Assembly: GCF_022045235.1 (NCBI RefSeq)
Contig: NW_027266308.1
Location: forward strand, 41,912,001-41,976,000
Direction: 5' to 3'
Source: Haliotis cracherodii
Taxonomy: Eukaryota
DNA: 64,000 nt
Shown here: piece after piece, positions 22,117-33,537 of the stretch
Layout: each line of letters opens with the position of its first letter
Numbering within the stretch: the first letter of the stretch is position 1
The notes under the pieces: model-generated
Database searches by the model: none
The model's input: only the letters and a program-made list of their open reading frames with translations
What the model was told of the DNA's origin: nothing
Made by a program: the position numbers and the translations under genes

Positions 22117-23975
22117 GTGAGTGTAGAATATGCAGGTGATGTAGAATGTGCAGGTGAGTGTAGAATATGCAGGTGAGTGTAGAATATGCAGGTGGGTGTA
22201 TGTGGAATATGCAGGTAATGTAGATTATGCAGGTGATGTAGAATATGCAGGTGATGTAGAATATGCTGGTGAATGTAGAATATGCAGGTGATGTAGAATA
22301 TGCAGGTGAGTGTAGAATATGCAGGTGATGTAGAATATGCAGGTGATTGTAGAATATGCAGGTGGGTGTAGAATATGCAGGTGGGTGTATGTAGAATATG
22401 CAGGTGATGTAGAATATGCAGGTGGGTGTATGTAGAATATGCAGGTGGATGTATATAGAATATGCAGGTGGGTGTGTAGAATGTGCCGGTGAATGTATGC
22501 AGAATATGCAGGTGGATGTATGTAACATATGCAGGTGATTGTGTCTAGAATATGCAGGTGGGTGTAAGCAGAATGTGCAGGTTGGTGTATGTAGAATATG
22601 CAGTTGGGTGTATGCAGAATATACAAGTGGATGTATTGTAGGTATGCAGCTGGGTGTATGTAGAATATGCAAGCGGGTGTATGTAGAATATGCAGGTAGG
22701 TGTACGTAGAATGTGCAGGTTGGTAAATGTAGAATATGCAGGTGACTGTGTCTAGAATATGCAGGTGGATGTATGTAGAATATGCCGGTGGATGTATGTA
22801 GACCATGCAGGTGGGTGTATGTAGAATATGCAGGTGGATGTATTGTAGGTTATGCATCTGGGTGTGTGTAGAATATGCAGTTGGGTGTATGTAGAATATG
22901 CAGGTGGATGTATTGGAGAATATGCAGCTGGGTGTGTGTAGAATTTGCATCTGGGTGTATGTAGAATCTGCAGGTGGGTGTACGTAGAATGTGCAGGTTT
23001 GTGTATGTAGAATGTGCAGGTTGGTGAATGTAGAATATGCAGGTGATTGTGTCTAGAATATGCAGGTGGATGTATGTAGAATATGCCGGTGGATGTATTG
23101 TAGGTTATGCAGCTGGGTGTGTGTAGAATATGCAGGTGGATGTACGTAGAATGTGCAGGTAGGTGAATGTAGAGTATGCAGGTTGGTGAATGTAGAATAT
23201 GCAGGAGAGTGTAAGTAGAATATGCAGGTGGGTGTATGTAGAATGTGCAGGTAGGTGTACGTAGAATGTGCAGGTAGGTGTACGTAGAATGTGCAGGTAG
23301 GTGTACGTAGAATGTGCAGGTAGGTGTACGTAGAATGTGCAGGTAGGTGTACGTAGAATGTGCAGGTTGGTGAATGTAGAATATGCAGGTAGGTGTATGT
23401 AGAATGTGCAGGTAGGTGTATGTAGAATGTGCAGGTAGGTGTATGTAGAATGTGCAGGTAGGTGTACGTAGAATGTGCAGGTTGGTGAATGTAGAATATG
23501 CAGGTAGGTGTATGTAGAATATGCAGGTAGGTGTATGTAGAATGTGCAGGTAGGTGTATGTAGAATATGCAGGTAGGTGTATGTAGAATGTGCAGGTAGG
23601 TGTATGTAGAATGTGCAGGTAGGTGTATGTAGAATATGCAGGTAGGTGTACGTAGAATGTGCAGGTTGGTGAATGTAGAATATGCAGGTAGGTGTATGTA
23701 GAATGTGCAGGTAGGTGTATGTAGAATGTGCAGGTAGGTGTACGTAGAATGTGCAGGTAGGTGTATGTAGAATGTGCAGGTAGGTGTACGTAGAATGTGC
23801 AGGTTGGTGAATGTAGAATATGCAGGTAGGTGTATGTAGAATGTGCAGGTAGGTGTATGTAGAATGTGCAGGTAGGTGTATGTAGAATATGCAGGTAGGT
23901 GTATGTAGAATATGCAGGTAGGTGTATGTAGAATATGCAGGAGAGTGTAAGTAGAATATGCAGGAGGGTGTATGC
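22113..23975 (+). repeat. degenerate 18-23-bp minisatellite starting at the exon 14 splice donor
   Basis: units gcag|gtgagtgtagaatat, changing to gcag|gtaggtgtatgtagaatgt; the first unit is the true donor. Confidence 0.95.
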
Positions 23976-24280
23976 AGAACTTATTCCGTGGATTAAAAAT
24001 GTCAGCCCTGTTCAGTGTTCTGCTGGATGTAAAATACTTGTAGAGCCTGTTGTCAGAATGTGATATATACCCTCCAGGGTGTTGAGAAGGATAACTGGAA
24101 TGCAGAGAACAAATATGAACCACATTTGAGATGTCTGGATAATTGTGTGATATAAATGTATAATGTAACAATAAAAGTCAGTGTGTTGCTGTGGAAACAG
24201 TAAAATATTCTCAGCCAACTCACAGCCAGATGTAAAACTCAGCACGTGTAACATGTAATAAGATCCACCTTATTTTCCAG

Positions 24281-24433
24281 GAGTCTCCAAGTGTAAAGCT
24301 GTTTGAAGATGTAAATGTCGTGAGTGCCTTTGAAACCAACTTGAACGGATTGAAGATCAAGAAGAAACTGACGTCATATGAGATGAATGTCCCACCCATG
24401 GAATTAAAAACATTTAAGTTGTCATTAGGATAA
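24281..24433 (+). CDS. MAN2A: alpha-mannosidase II terminal coding exon 15
   Basis: ttttccag|gag; ends VPPMELKTFKLSLG* (C-terminal PMEIxTF-type motif of GH38). The 15 exons total 2239 nt and join in one open frame. Confidence 0.9.
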   Translation, partial: ESPSVKLFEDVNVVSAFETNLNGLKIKKKLTSYEMNVPPMELKTFKLSLG

Positions 24434-24675
24434 GAGCATTATTCAAAATAATTTGTGATATGACTGTGATATCTTCTGATTACCGTATATCTACATACAC
24501 TAATGGTATTCTTAGGGACACAACATTTTATGTGTCTTATTTAAAAAAAAAAATGTTTACGATAATACAGGGGAGACAAAATTATTCTATATTGTATTGC
24601 AACACAAAAGAAAAATAATTATTCTGAGAAATATGTGTTAAAAAATGGTAAAACATATAAGGAAGAGAATTAATT

Positions 24676-24740
24676 GATGTCAACTTCTTTATTACGAGGA
24701 ATACAACGTTTCGGTGTGTATGCTTACTCCTTCATCAGGT
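24676..24740 (-). mobile_element. Penelope-like element terminal-repeat remnant with a minimal hammerhead ribozyme core
   Basis: minus strand cCTGATGAaggagtaagcatacacaccGAAAcgttgtattcctcgtAATAAAgaagtt. Confidence 0.55.
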
Positions 24741-25002
24741 GAAAATCATTTTTGTTTGTCCCCTTACCTTATTCACACAGTGAATGATTTACCTCATTCA
24801 TGCAATCTGTGATCTCCACCAATTCACCTACACACAGTGAATGATTTACCTTATTCACCCCCTCTGGGATCTCCACTGATCTTGCCTACACAGTGGCTTA
24901 CTTCTGTGATTTTCACTGTGAATATTTTAGGAGTCTTCAATTCGTTGTTATTGTCAGACCGTTTCATTTTCAAGATTTACAAAGAAACCATTTTGAAAAG
25001 TA

Positions 25003-25008
25003 AATAAA
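25003..25008 (+). terminator. candidate polyadenylation signal of the mannosidase gene
   Basis: AATAAA ~570 nt after the stop codon; not confirmed. Confidence 0.35.
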
Positions 25009-26167
25009 ACAAATCAAATTTCAAATGCTGTTTAAATGAAAACATGCTTATTAACATCTGTTTGTTTATATCCAGTGTACTGCCAAGGCAGTGGCCTAGC
25101 AGGATTCTCGCAATAATTCATTGATTGGCGCATAATATGTACGCTCAGTGGGAGTTGATATCAAGCCCATTCACGAGGATGGGTTTATTTTATTTAATTA
25201 TGGGAGTAACTGACTACCTCAAAAATATTTTACTTCACTCGGACAGCTGCTTCAATTATTGAATGTAAACGTTCTGATCTTCATTGCCTCAAGTGTCTTA
25301 ATTTACAAGCAGCACCTTTCATTGGCTGAAAGTCACAAATGGTCCGATCAGAATCAAGATTACACATTTTTGCAGATATAGTAGTCATGGTTCTGATAGG
25401 CCAACGATGTGTTTGGTTCAAATGAGCCCGGTATTGCTGAATCACTGACCACTTGTTATGTCATTGATCAAAGAATGTTTCCCATGGTGCACCTGACAGT
25501 CACCATGGTGACAGACCGAGGAAAGGGGGAGAAATTACATGACTATACGTGGTCGCACCATAACTAAGAAAAAATACTACAACATGCCAGTTTTGTATGA
25601 ATCATGTGAAATCTAATTCAATGACTAAGCTATATTCTAATTGTAGAACAAGTATTTTGAAAAGACTTGCCAACGGCAGTGATCACAAACAGGCTGTTGA
25701 GGCTACGTATGTGACATCGGATGTTGTTGCTACAATACGTCATATCTGAGATAAATGTCATGCAAACATTCTGAGTATCACTGATGTTACTTGTGGATGG
25801 AGTTTCTGCAGCAGTAACCTTCATATGATCTCACAGAGTGCTGCCTGATTAGTTTTGAAAATGACCCCATCTATTTATGCTGAAGAGGACCCTGTTCCCA
25901 CTTGTTCAGTTTCTTGGCAGGACATTGATTATCTTACTAATATTATTTCAAGAGGATTTTTTAAAGGAAAATAGCCTAAAATAAACCCGAACCTATAAAT
26001 ATTCAATTTTTTAGCCTCCTGGATCTTGACATACTGATTAAGAAAACCTGAAAATAAGAAATCAATTTTGTCTGGCTGATATATTTTCAATTTACATAAC
26101 TTGATTACAGTTTGTCGGAATGATTGTATATTTTGCAAGTCAGTTGGATTTCAGGTCATTACATGTC

Positions 26168-26455
26168 GGGGGCACGGGTGGCCCAGTCGTCTAAGGCGCC
26201 GCGATTCGCTGTGCAGAGTTGCGTCCCTTGTGCTCGCCAGAAACCTATGATTGTGGGTTCGAATCCCGGTTCTCCCCGATTATGTTTTTAGGTTTGTCAG
26301 CACCATACCCGTGCTCGTGGGTTTCACGGAAGTGGTAAACGTCTGAGACCTGCATCACTTTGGGCTTTCCTCCTTCATTAAGCTGACACGCCGTGATATG
26401 ACTGGAACACTGTTAAAAGCGTCGTTAAACCCAACTCACTCACTCACTCACTCAC
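26168..26455 (+). mobile_element. full-length tRNA-derived SINE
   Basis: head ggtggcccagtcgtctaaggcgc...gggttcgaatccc, (CACT)n tail, 12-bp TSD tcattacatgtc. Confidence 0.88.
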
Positions 26456-26570
26456 TCATTACATGTCAATATTATTACTCACCTGTTGGAGGTATCACTG
26501 TCTAGTTAACATACAGCTGTATTACACAATTGCTTGATATGTTTTGAAATGCACCAAATAGTATCTAATG

Positions 26571-27134
26571 AAGCCTCAAAGTTGCAACTAAAATGGTCGC
26601 CAATGCGACCTAAATTATATTTTGTCTACTGTCTAAAATTCAGAGGTAGCCAAATGACTACCTTGAAAAATATCTTGTGGCGACTAAATTCTATTGCTAC
26701 ACGTCTGTAGACACAAAAATAAATAACAGCTGATCCTGGAAAACAAGTCTGCCTTTAATTGTATTTGCAAATAATTCCTCCTAAAGTCAACAATGAACCA
26801 AAAGACATAAGTATTAATGTAATTAGTACTTTATGTTAATTGACAATGCTCTTTGGATAAGCAAGGCTATACCTTACCTATATAATCTAGTAACAAAAAT
26901 TGCATCATTGTTCGAGTCACAAGTAACAAAATCAAGTACAGTTTCCACTAATAGACAATTCCAAGACTAGTGCTATGACTTGTACATATTAATAGTTATT
27001 TGATAAAAGATAATTTCAAATTCTTTTGGCTACCTGCAATATTAGCTTGACTTCTTAATTTTACCACTGGCTACCTGGAAAAAAATACTTGTAGCCCTAT
27101 GGCTATTTGGTAAAAAATTAAACTTTGAGGCCTG
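26571..27134. mobile_element. MITE with short TIRs (hAT-like ends)
   Basis: gcctcaaagtt ... aactttgaggcctg; second copy at 19786-20213. Confidence 0.75.
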
Positions 27135-27558
27135 CTAATATAAATCTATATATAAATCCAAAATTTTCCATTCATAATTCTATGGAGATGAGTAAATAGT
27201 TTCAGGTCCCATGTTTGTTGTATGATGAAGTAAATCCTGTGATTGTTCGTGTATGAATTATGGTGTCTGGCAGTCTGGCATTTCAAGACAGTTTCATGTT
27301 TCAATGACCAATCATTATTGATGAGGATGGATGTTTTTCTCATCAGAACATACCAGTCATTTGATCAGGAAAACTCTTGGTATCACAATTACACAATATG
27401 TGAAGTGTCTGATGCCAAGCTGTATTATCTTTTCTTCAACTGTGCTTGTTTTTGATTGCCAGTAACAGTGTATCTTTCCCAGGTAAATGTTCCTAATGCG
27501 CTCAGTAAATTAGTTCCTCCTAATTATCGATTTTGATTAACGTTCATGTTACAATGTC

Positions 27559-27712
27559 GATAAATATTTCGTTTTGTAAGATATGCGTGATGTTATGCTG
27601 AATGGATGTACGAAAATTTTTCATTTGAAAACATGGCGTCGTGGTCAAATGAAATTTCCGTACATCCATTCAGCATAACATCAAGCAAATCTTACAAAAC
27701 GAAATATTTATC
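27559..27712. mobile_element. palindromic fold-back element (MITE-like)
   Basis: ~70-bp arms gataaatatttcgttttgtaagat... / ...atcttacaaaacgaaatatttatc. Confidence 0.65.
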
Positions 27713-27840
27713 TCCTAAATGATCTCACAAGTTGGATGGATGAAGAAGGCTAGTGTCATTAATGCAATTCAGACAGGTTATCTAGATTCTATGTCTGTGG
27801 GTTGCTGTGATGCCAACTCAAGCCAAGATACAAAATGCTT

Positions 27841-28002
27841 NNNNNNNNNNNNNNNNNNNNNNNNNNNNNNNNNNNNNNNNNNNNNNNNNNNNNNNNNNNN
27901 NNNNNNNNNNNNNNNNNNNNNNNNNNNNNNNNNNNNNNNNNNNNNNNNNNNNNNNNNNNNNNNNNNNNNNNNNNNNNNNNNNNNNNNNNNNNNNNNNNNN
28001 NN
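27841..28002. other. assembly gap (162 N)
   Basis: run of n. Confidence 0.99.
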
Positions 28003-28422
28003 AGTGATTTATAACCCTCTGCCAGTTGATATCATAGTGTAATAGGTATGCTTATGATACAATATTTGTGTACCATTGTGCTCTCGTACGGATGTTTGTT
28101 GTACACAATGCACTGTGATAGCAATATGAGGCTCCTTTACCAAAGTGAACTGAAGACCCTGAAAAGTGCCGGAGAATAGAAGAACTCGGTTCAAAGTTGT
28201 AATTATAGTGAAGCAATAGGTCAGAGCAATGTTAAGTGGCACTATTTGATATAGTTTCATAGAAGACTCCATGATTCAAAGGGCATTTCATTATGTGACT
28301 TTACTTAGACTGAGAATTTATGTATACATATATTTAGAGTGATTGTTGGTGGTCATGTGTGTGTTTGTTTGATCATCATGTGTGAGTCGTGTACCATGAG
28401 TTTGGTTGATCATGCCTCATGT

Positions 28423-28951
28423 CATCTTTCCGAGGCAAGGGTGTTAACTGACTATAAAAGTCCAGTTTTCACCCTTGCTGAACTAGGCTGGTATTCTGGA
28501 GGTACATTTTGGCTGGACTTTCGGGTCAATGCATAGTCCAATCAAATTCATGTAACAAACTACATGGATTTCAACGTGCAGATTTCGGTAGACTGCAGGA
28601 TTTGCAAAGCATGTGTACTGTCAATTGTCATATAATTTTCAAATGTTTTCATGTTTTTAATCAAGGTGCTCAAGTGATTTGCTGCACTTCGCAGCGTGAG
28701 ACACGTTTTATTACAAGAAAGATCTTGATTATCGATCAGATAATTTCGACTGGGCACCGCCATTTTGTTTGAAGCAAATGCAAGTGGTATGAGTGATGGA
28801 ATCTGATTGGTCAATAGAAGGGACATAGAAGGGGCCTGACTCGTAATAGCCACAGGTGGCGCTATGATCGATCCTGGAAATTCCAGCATAGTTCGGCAAG
28901 GGTGGGAACTGGACTCTTGTAGTCAGTTAACGCCCTTGCCTCGGGAAGATG
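28423..28951. mobile_element. long-TIR MITE, family copy 3
   Basis: catctttccgaggcaaggg ... cccttgcctcgggaagatg; flanks gcctcatgt/gtatcatgt. Confidence 0.88.
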
Positions 28952-30160
28952 GTATCATGTGTGACGTTACTGAATGTACACAATGTGTTACTTGTAATTA
29001 CCATTATATTTTTCCATGTTGAAATGTTTTAGTTTAATATAATATGCATTAACCAGAACAGGACAATCTAATTTCTTGTTTGATGGATCTTCATCCGAGA
29101 ATTACACAAAGGCAGGAGGGGAAACTATAAAAGAAATAACTATTTGAAGTAAAAATTAGTGTCTTTATTACTGCATTTTGCCTTGTGTATGTTTGAAGCA
29201 TGCCCACCATTTTAGGGGTTAATTTTTGTTGGGAAGAAATGCTATCTTCTTTGCTGGAGTGACAAGGAGATAACAAATATGTAAATAGCTGTACATTTGT
29301 GAGGAAAGCAGCAAAATAGCAACAGGCAGACCTGTACCTCAAGTACTCATTGTGGTCTTGCCTAACCAAGATATACTAATCAAAAGAAGTTAAGGACCAC
29401 CCCATACTTTCATTAATTATAATTTCATTATATATGACCAGCTCTAGTCAGCCAGTGAATCATTCTGAAATTTAAATCCCACCAACATTGTGTCTACTTT
29501 ACATAGGCCAAATATTAGAATGATTGCATGTATAGTTTTTGAGAAAATCAGAAAATAAAACCCTGTTGACCTTGACAGAACTGTTCAAAGTCAACAATAA
29601 TAATTTCTTTAAACATCAATACAAAAATCTTGTCAACAAGAATACAAAATCAGTGCCATCATTTAGTGCACTAATGCAACACAAGCCCCGCCCAGCCTAT
29701 CAGTCAATCAGGAAACAGTTACGTGTGTGACCCATACTCTTTTGGGGTTTATGGAAACCTAAACGCAGAAAGAAATTGCTTGGTAACTCAATTAAATGCC
29801 CTAGAACACTTGATCTATTTGGCAATAACATGGGTCATGATTTTGTTGGCATTTTTATGTACATGTTCTCTTTGTCTCTTCAGTTGTGTAATGTATTATG
29901 TTGCTCGGAGAGTAGTTACAATGTGAGCAGTGCTCTGCTGTCATGCAGGGAATACCATGAAATGATAGTGTGTTAGATTTCTGCTGGGTATGGAATTTTA
30001 GATAGTATGACCATATATTTTTATGATTTTTCATAAATAAATCATCATATCTCATATCTTGTGGGTTTTTAAGTGCACAAGGACCAAAGGTCTATGCGCA
30101 GTTTGGTATGATGTGTTGTCTTCAGTCTTCTATCTGTCAACTGTCAACTTATCTGAAATT

Positions 30161-31525
30161 GCTGAAGGGATGAAGCTGAAACTGGTTGGACCAGAGAGGA
30201 CTGGCTGAAGGGATGATGCTGAAACTGGTTAGACCAGTGAGGACTGGCTGAAAGGATGATGCTTAAGCTGGATGGACCAGGGAGGACTGGCTGAAGGGAT
30301 GAAGCTGAAACTGGTTGGACCAGAGAGGACTGCCTGAAGGGATGAAGCTGAAACTGGTTACACCAGTGAGGACTGGCTGAAGGGATGATGCTTAAGCTGG
30401 ATGGACCAGGGAGGACTGGCTGAAGGGATGATGCTGAAACTGGTTACACCAGTGAGGACTGGCTGAAGGGATGATGCTTAAGCTGGATGGACCAGGGAGG
30501 ACTGGCTGAAGGGATGAAGATGAAACTAGATGGACCAGGGAGGACTGGCTGAAGGGATGAAGATGAAACTGGTTGGACCTGGGAGGACTGCCTGAAGGGA
30601 TGAAGCTGAAACTGGTTACACCAGTGAGGACTGGCTGAAGGGATGATGCTTAAGCTGGATGGACCAGGGAGGACTGGCTTAAGGGATGATGCTGAAACTG
30701 GTTACACCAGTGAGGACTGGCTGAAGGGATGATGCTTAAGCTGGATGGACCAGGGAGGACTGGCTGAAGGGATGAAGATGAAACTAGATGGACCAGAGAG
30801 GACTGCCTGAAGGGATGAAGATGAAACTGGTTACACCAGTGAGGACTGGCTGAAGGGATGATGCTTAAGCTGGATGGACCTGGGAGGACTGGCTGAAGGG
30901 ATGATGCTTAAGCTGGATGGACCAGGGAGGACTGGCTGAAGGGATGAAGATGAAACTAGATGGACCAGGGAGGACTGGCTGAAGGGATGAAGATGAAACT
31001 GGTTGGACCTGGGAGGACTGGCTGAAGGGATGAAGATGAAACTGGTTAGACCAATGAGGACTGGCTGAAGGGATGAAGCTGAAACTGATTGGACCAGGGA
31101 GGACTGGCTGAAAGGATGATGCTTAAGCTGGATGGACCAGGGAGGACTGGCTGAAGTGATGAAGATGAAACTGGTTAGACCAATGAGGACTGGCTGAAGG
31201 GATGAAGCTGAAACTGGTTGGACCAGGGAGGACTGGCTGAAAGGATGATGCTTAAGCTGGATGGACCAGGGAGGACTGGCTGAAGGGATGAAGCTGAAAC
31301 TGGTTACACCAGTGAGGACTGGCTGAAGGGATGAAGCTGAAACTGGGTGGATAAGGGAGGACTGGCTGAAGGTTTGAAGCTGAAGCTGGTTAGACCAATG
31401 AGGACTGGCTGAAGGAATGATGCTGAAACTGGATGGACCTAGGAGGACTGGCTGAAGGGATGAAGCTGAAACTGGGTGGACCAGTGAGGACTGCCTGAAG
31501 GGATTAAGCTGAAACTGGTTGGGCC
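30161..31525 (+). repeat. 43-bp minisatellite (~32 units)
   Basis: unit gctgaagggatgaagctgaaactggttggaccagggaggactg. Confidence 0.95.
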
Positions 31526-31792
31526 ATGGAATAATAATTTACAAATTTAATGCTTCAAATATACACTCTAGAGAATGTTCGAAGCGTTACATTATTATAT
31601 CAGTCACTCCATTTTCTTGTTCAGCTTTCTGGGGAGTATACCACCCAAGGTGGTGGAGAAGGTAAACAGTCACATTACCATCTCATGCTGCAGGGTACCC
31701 ATTCACAACCGTGTGTACAAAGGCATGTTTCAAACTAAGTCACCTGAGAAGACACACGTGCTTTGGTCAGTCCCGAAGCCCTGGAAACTTTC

Positions 31793-32670
31793 AGACAGAC
31801 AGACAGACAGATAATTTATTAAAGTCTCACCTCGTTTGCTACAAATACTAAAATATTTACAAGGTATAAAAATATGAAGGTGTAGCACGAGCCACTCTAA
31901 GCAGAGTTATGAGAGACTAAAATTATTGGGTAAAAGCGTATGACATATAAATACATGAAAAAGGTCCTTAAAAACCGTAATAAAAATCATCGTAAAAATC
32001 ATTTGTATAGAGCCCGTGTTCGTTCTAATAAAATTCTGTTGCAGGGTTTGGCAGATGTAAAAATCATTACTGGGCTGGAAAGTATAAAACCTAGCTTCTG
32101 GTTATCACTAAAATCGTTAAAATCAGGACAGGTTGAATTGCACTTTGAAAGGAGGTGGCATCTGTAAGACTGGTACTGTGGGCAGTATAATAAAATATGT
32201 TTTTCATCCTCAATTGTATCTCTGCATACATAACAAGTTCTTTCTTCAATAGGGGTACTGTTGTAACGTCCAGTTTCTATGTGAAGCAGCGCAACTCCGC
32301 ACCGGAATCTTGAAAGGGCGCTTCTGTGTGACCGCTGAAGCTCACCCAACACATAGGATTCGACTCTATAATCGTCTTTAAAAGTGGCGTAGGTTCTCAG
32401 CCTATTTCCACCTGTTCCATGTACGCTATTCTTTTGATTGATCAGCTTCATCCAATTTTCTGTGAACTGTTCAAATATCTTTTCCTGACCGTCTTTGTGA
32501 CGTAACATTTGTCATACGTGAAATTAATGTTGTTAAAATGAGATAGTCCAAGTGCATCAAACTTCAGGTGTATTCTAAAAACTTGATTCCGTTTACGTCG
32601 CGCCGCCTGCCGATAGGTCCAATTGAGAACTTGATGTGCTAGACGTCCAGGATCCATGGTGCGTAATCTC
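31793..32670 (-). mobile_element. 5'-truncated non-LTR retrotransposon (3' end of ORF2, 3'UTR and tail); clade uncertain (RTEX/L2-like)
   Basis: RLRTY..FK...RSALSRFRCG...LHIETGRY...ERTCYVC...EDEKHILLYCPQY CCHC domain, frameshifted; minus-strand AATAAA then (TCTG)n tail. Confidence 0.85.
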
Positions 32671-33359
32671 ATGTAAAGGCGTTATACAGATCCCCACTGC
32701 CCCACGACGTCAAGCTGTCGAACGCCGTAAACCCATCCAAATACTCTCGGCGACCAACGTGGCTAAACTTTGCGGTATTTGTGACCAAGGCGCTGTACGC
32801 AGGACCACGAGCCACCACAAACGTATTCACGTCTACGATTAACGTTCGGCAAATTAGCCATTCCACATTAAGGGGTTGGGTCAGGGTGCAAAATATACTT
32901 ACTATCAGTAAATGTAAAATGTCAGTGCAAGAGAATAGTCTTAATTATCCACCGAATCAGATTCCATTTGGCGTAAAGGGTAAAATAGCTGAATGGACCA
33001 CTGAAAGTGAGTGATAACACCAGATGTTCAACATATTTCTAATGAACGTTAATTGGTGTTATTTACCGCAACGGAAAAACGTATAGTTCGTTGCAAGCTA
33101 AGATGATACAGCATGCGTATGTTGTGAATTGAATATTCCGGGCGAATTTCTTATTTTTTGTGACAGAAGTTTAGCCAGTCATGAAAGCTATCCATTCCCA
33201 TACGCACGTTTATAATCCAGGTTTCATGTGACTCAAGAGTCACCCATATACGCTGCAGACTCCTTGAGCATAATCTGGAGAAACATAGCTTCCTTTAACT
33301 AACATAGCAATGTTATTACTAAACAAGAAAACGAAAAGAATCGAGCTGTATTTTCAAGG

Positions 33360-33365
33360 TTTATT
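33360..33365 (-). terminator. polyadenylation signal of array gene copy 1 (repeated in every unit)
   Basis: minus-strand AATAAA ~170 nt after the stop, followed by U-rich ttcttttcgttttcttgt. Confidence 0.7.
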
Positions 33366-33537
33366 ATAGGATCGTACAACAGAAACTGTTTAAGAGGAAA
33401 ACAACAACACTGCCAGTGCGCTGACAGAAAGCAAAAGCACTTTGACATATAGCCACTTCAATATTTGGAATGTCTCTTCTGTAATGGAGCACTCATTAGA
33501 TGAACATATTCGTGTAACAGACAGACTTTTATCTGTT

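Noticed and set aside
22109-24171. His/Tyr/Thr-rich minus-strand ORFs (187, 241 and 372 aa)
   Set aside because: Translations of the donor-derived minisatellite.
27719-28042. ORFs spanning X residues
   Set aside because: Artefacts of the N gap.
3399-31525. CRISPR-like arrays
   Set aside because: Repeats are contiguous with no unique spacers, and the DNA is eukaryotic with spliceosomal introns.
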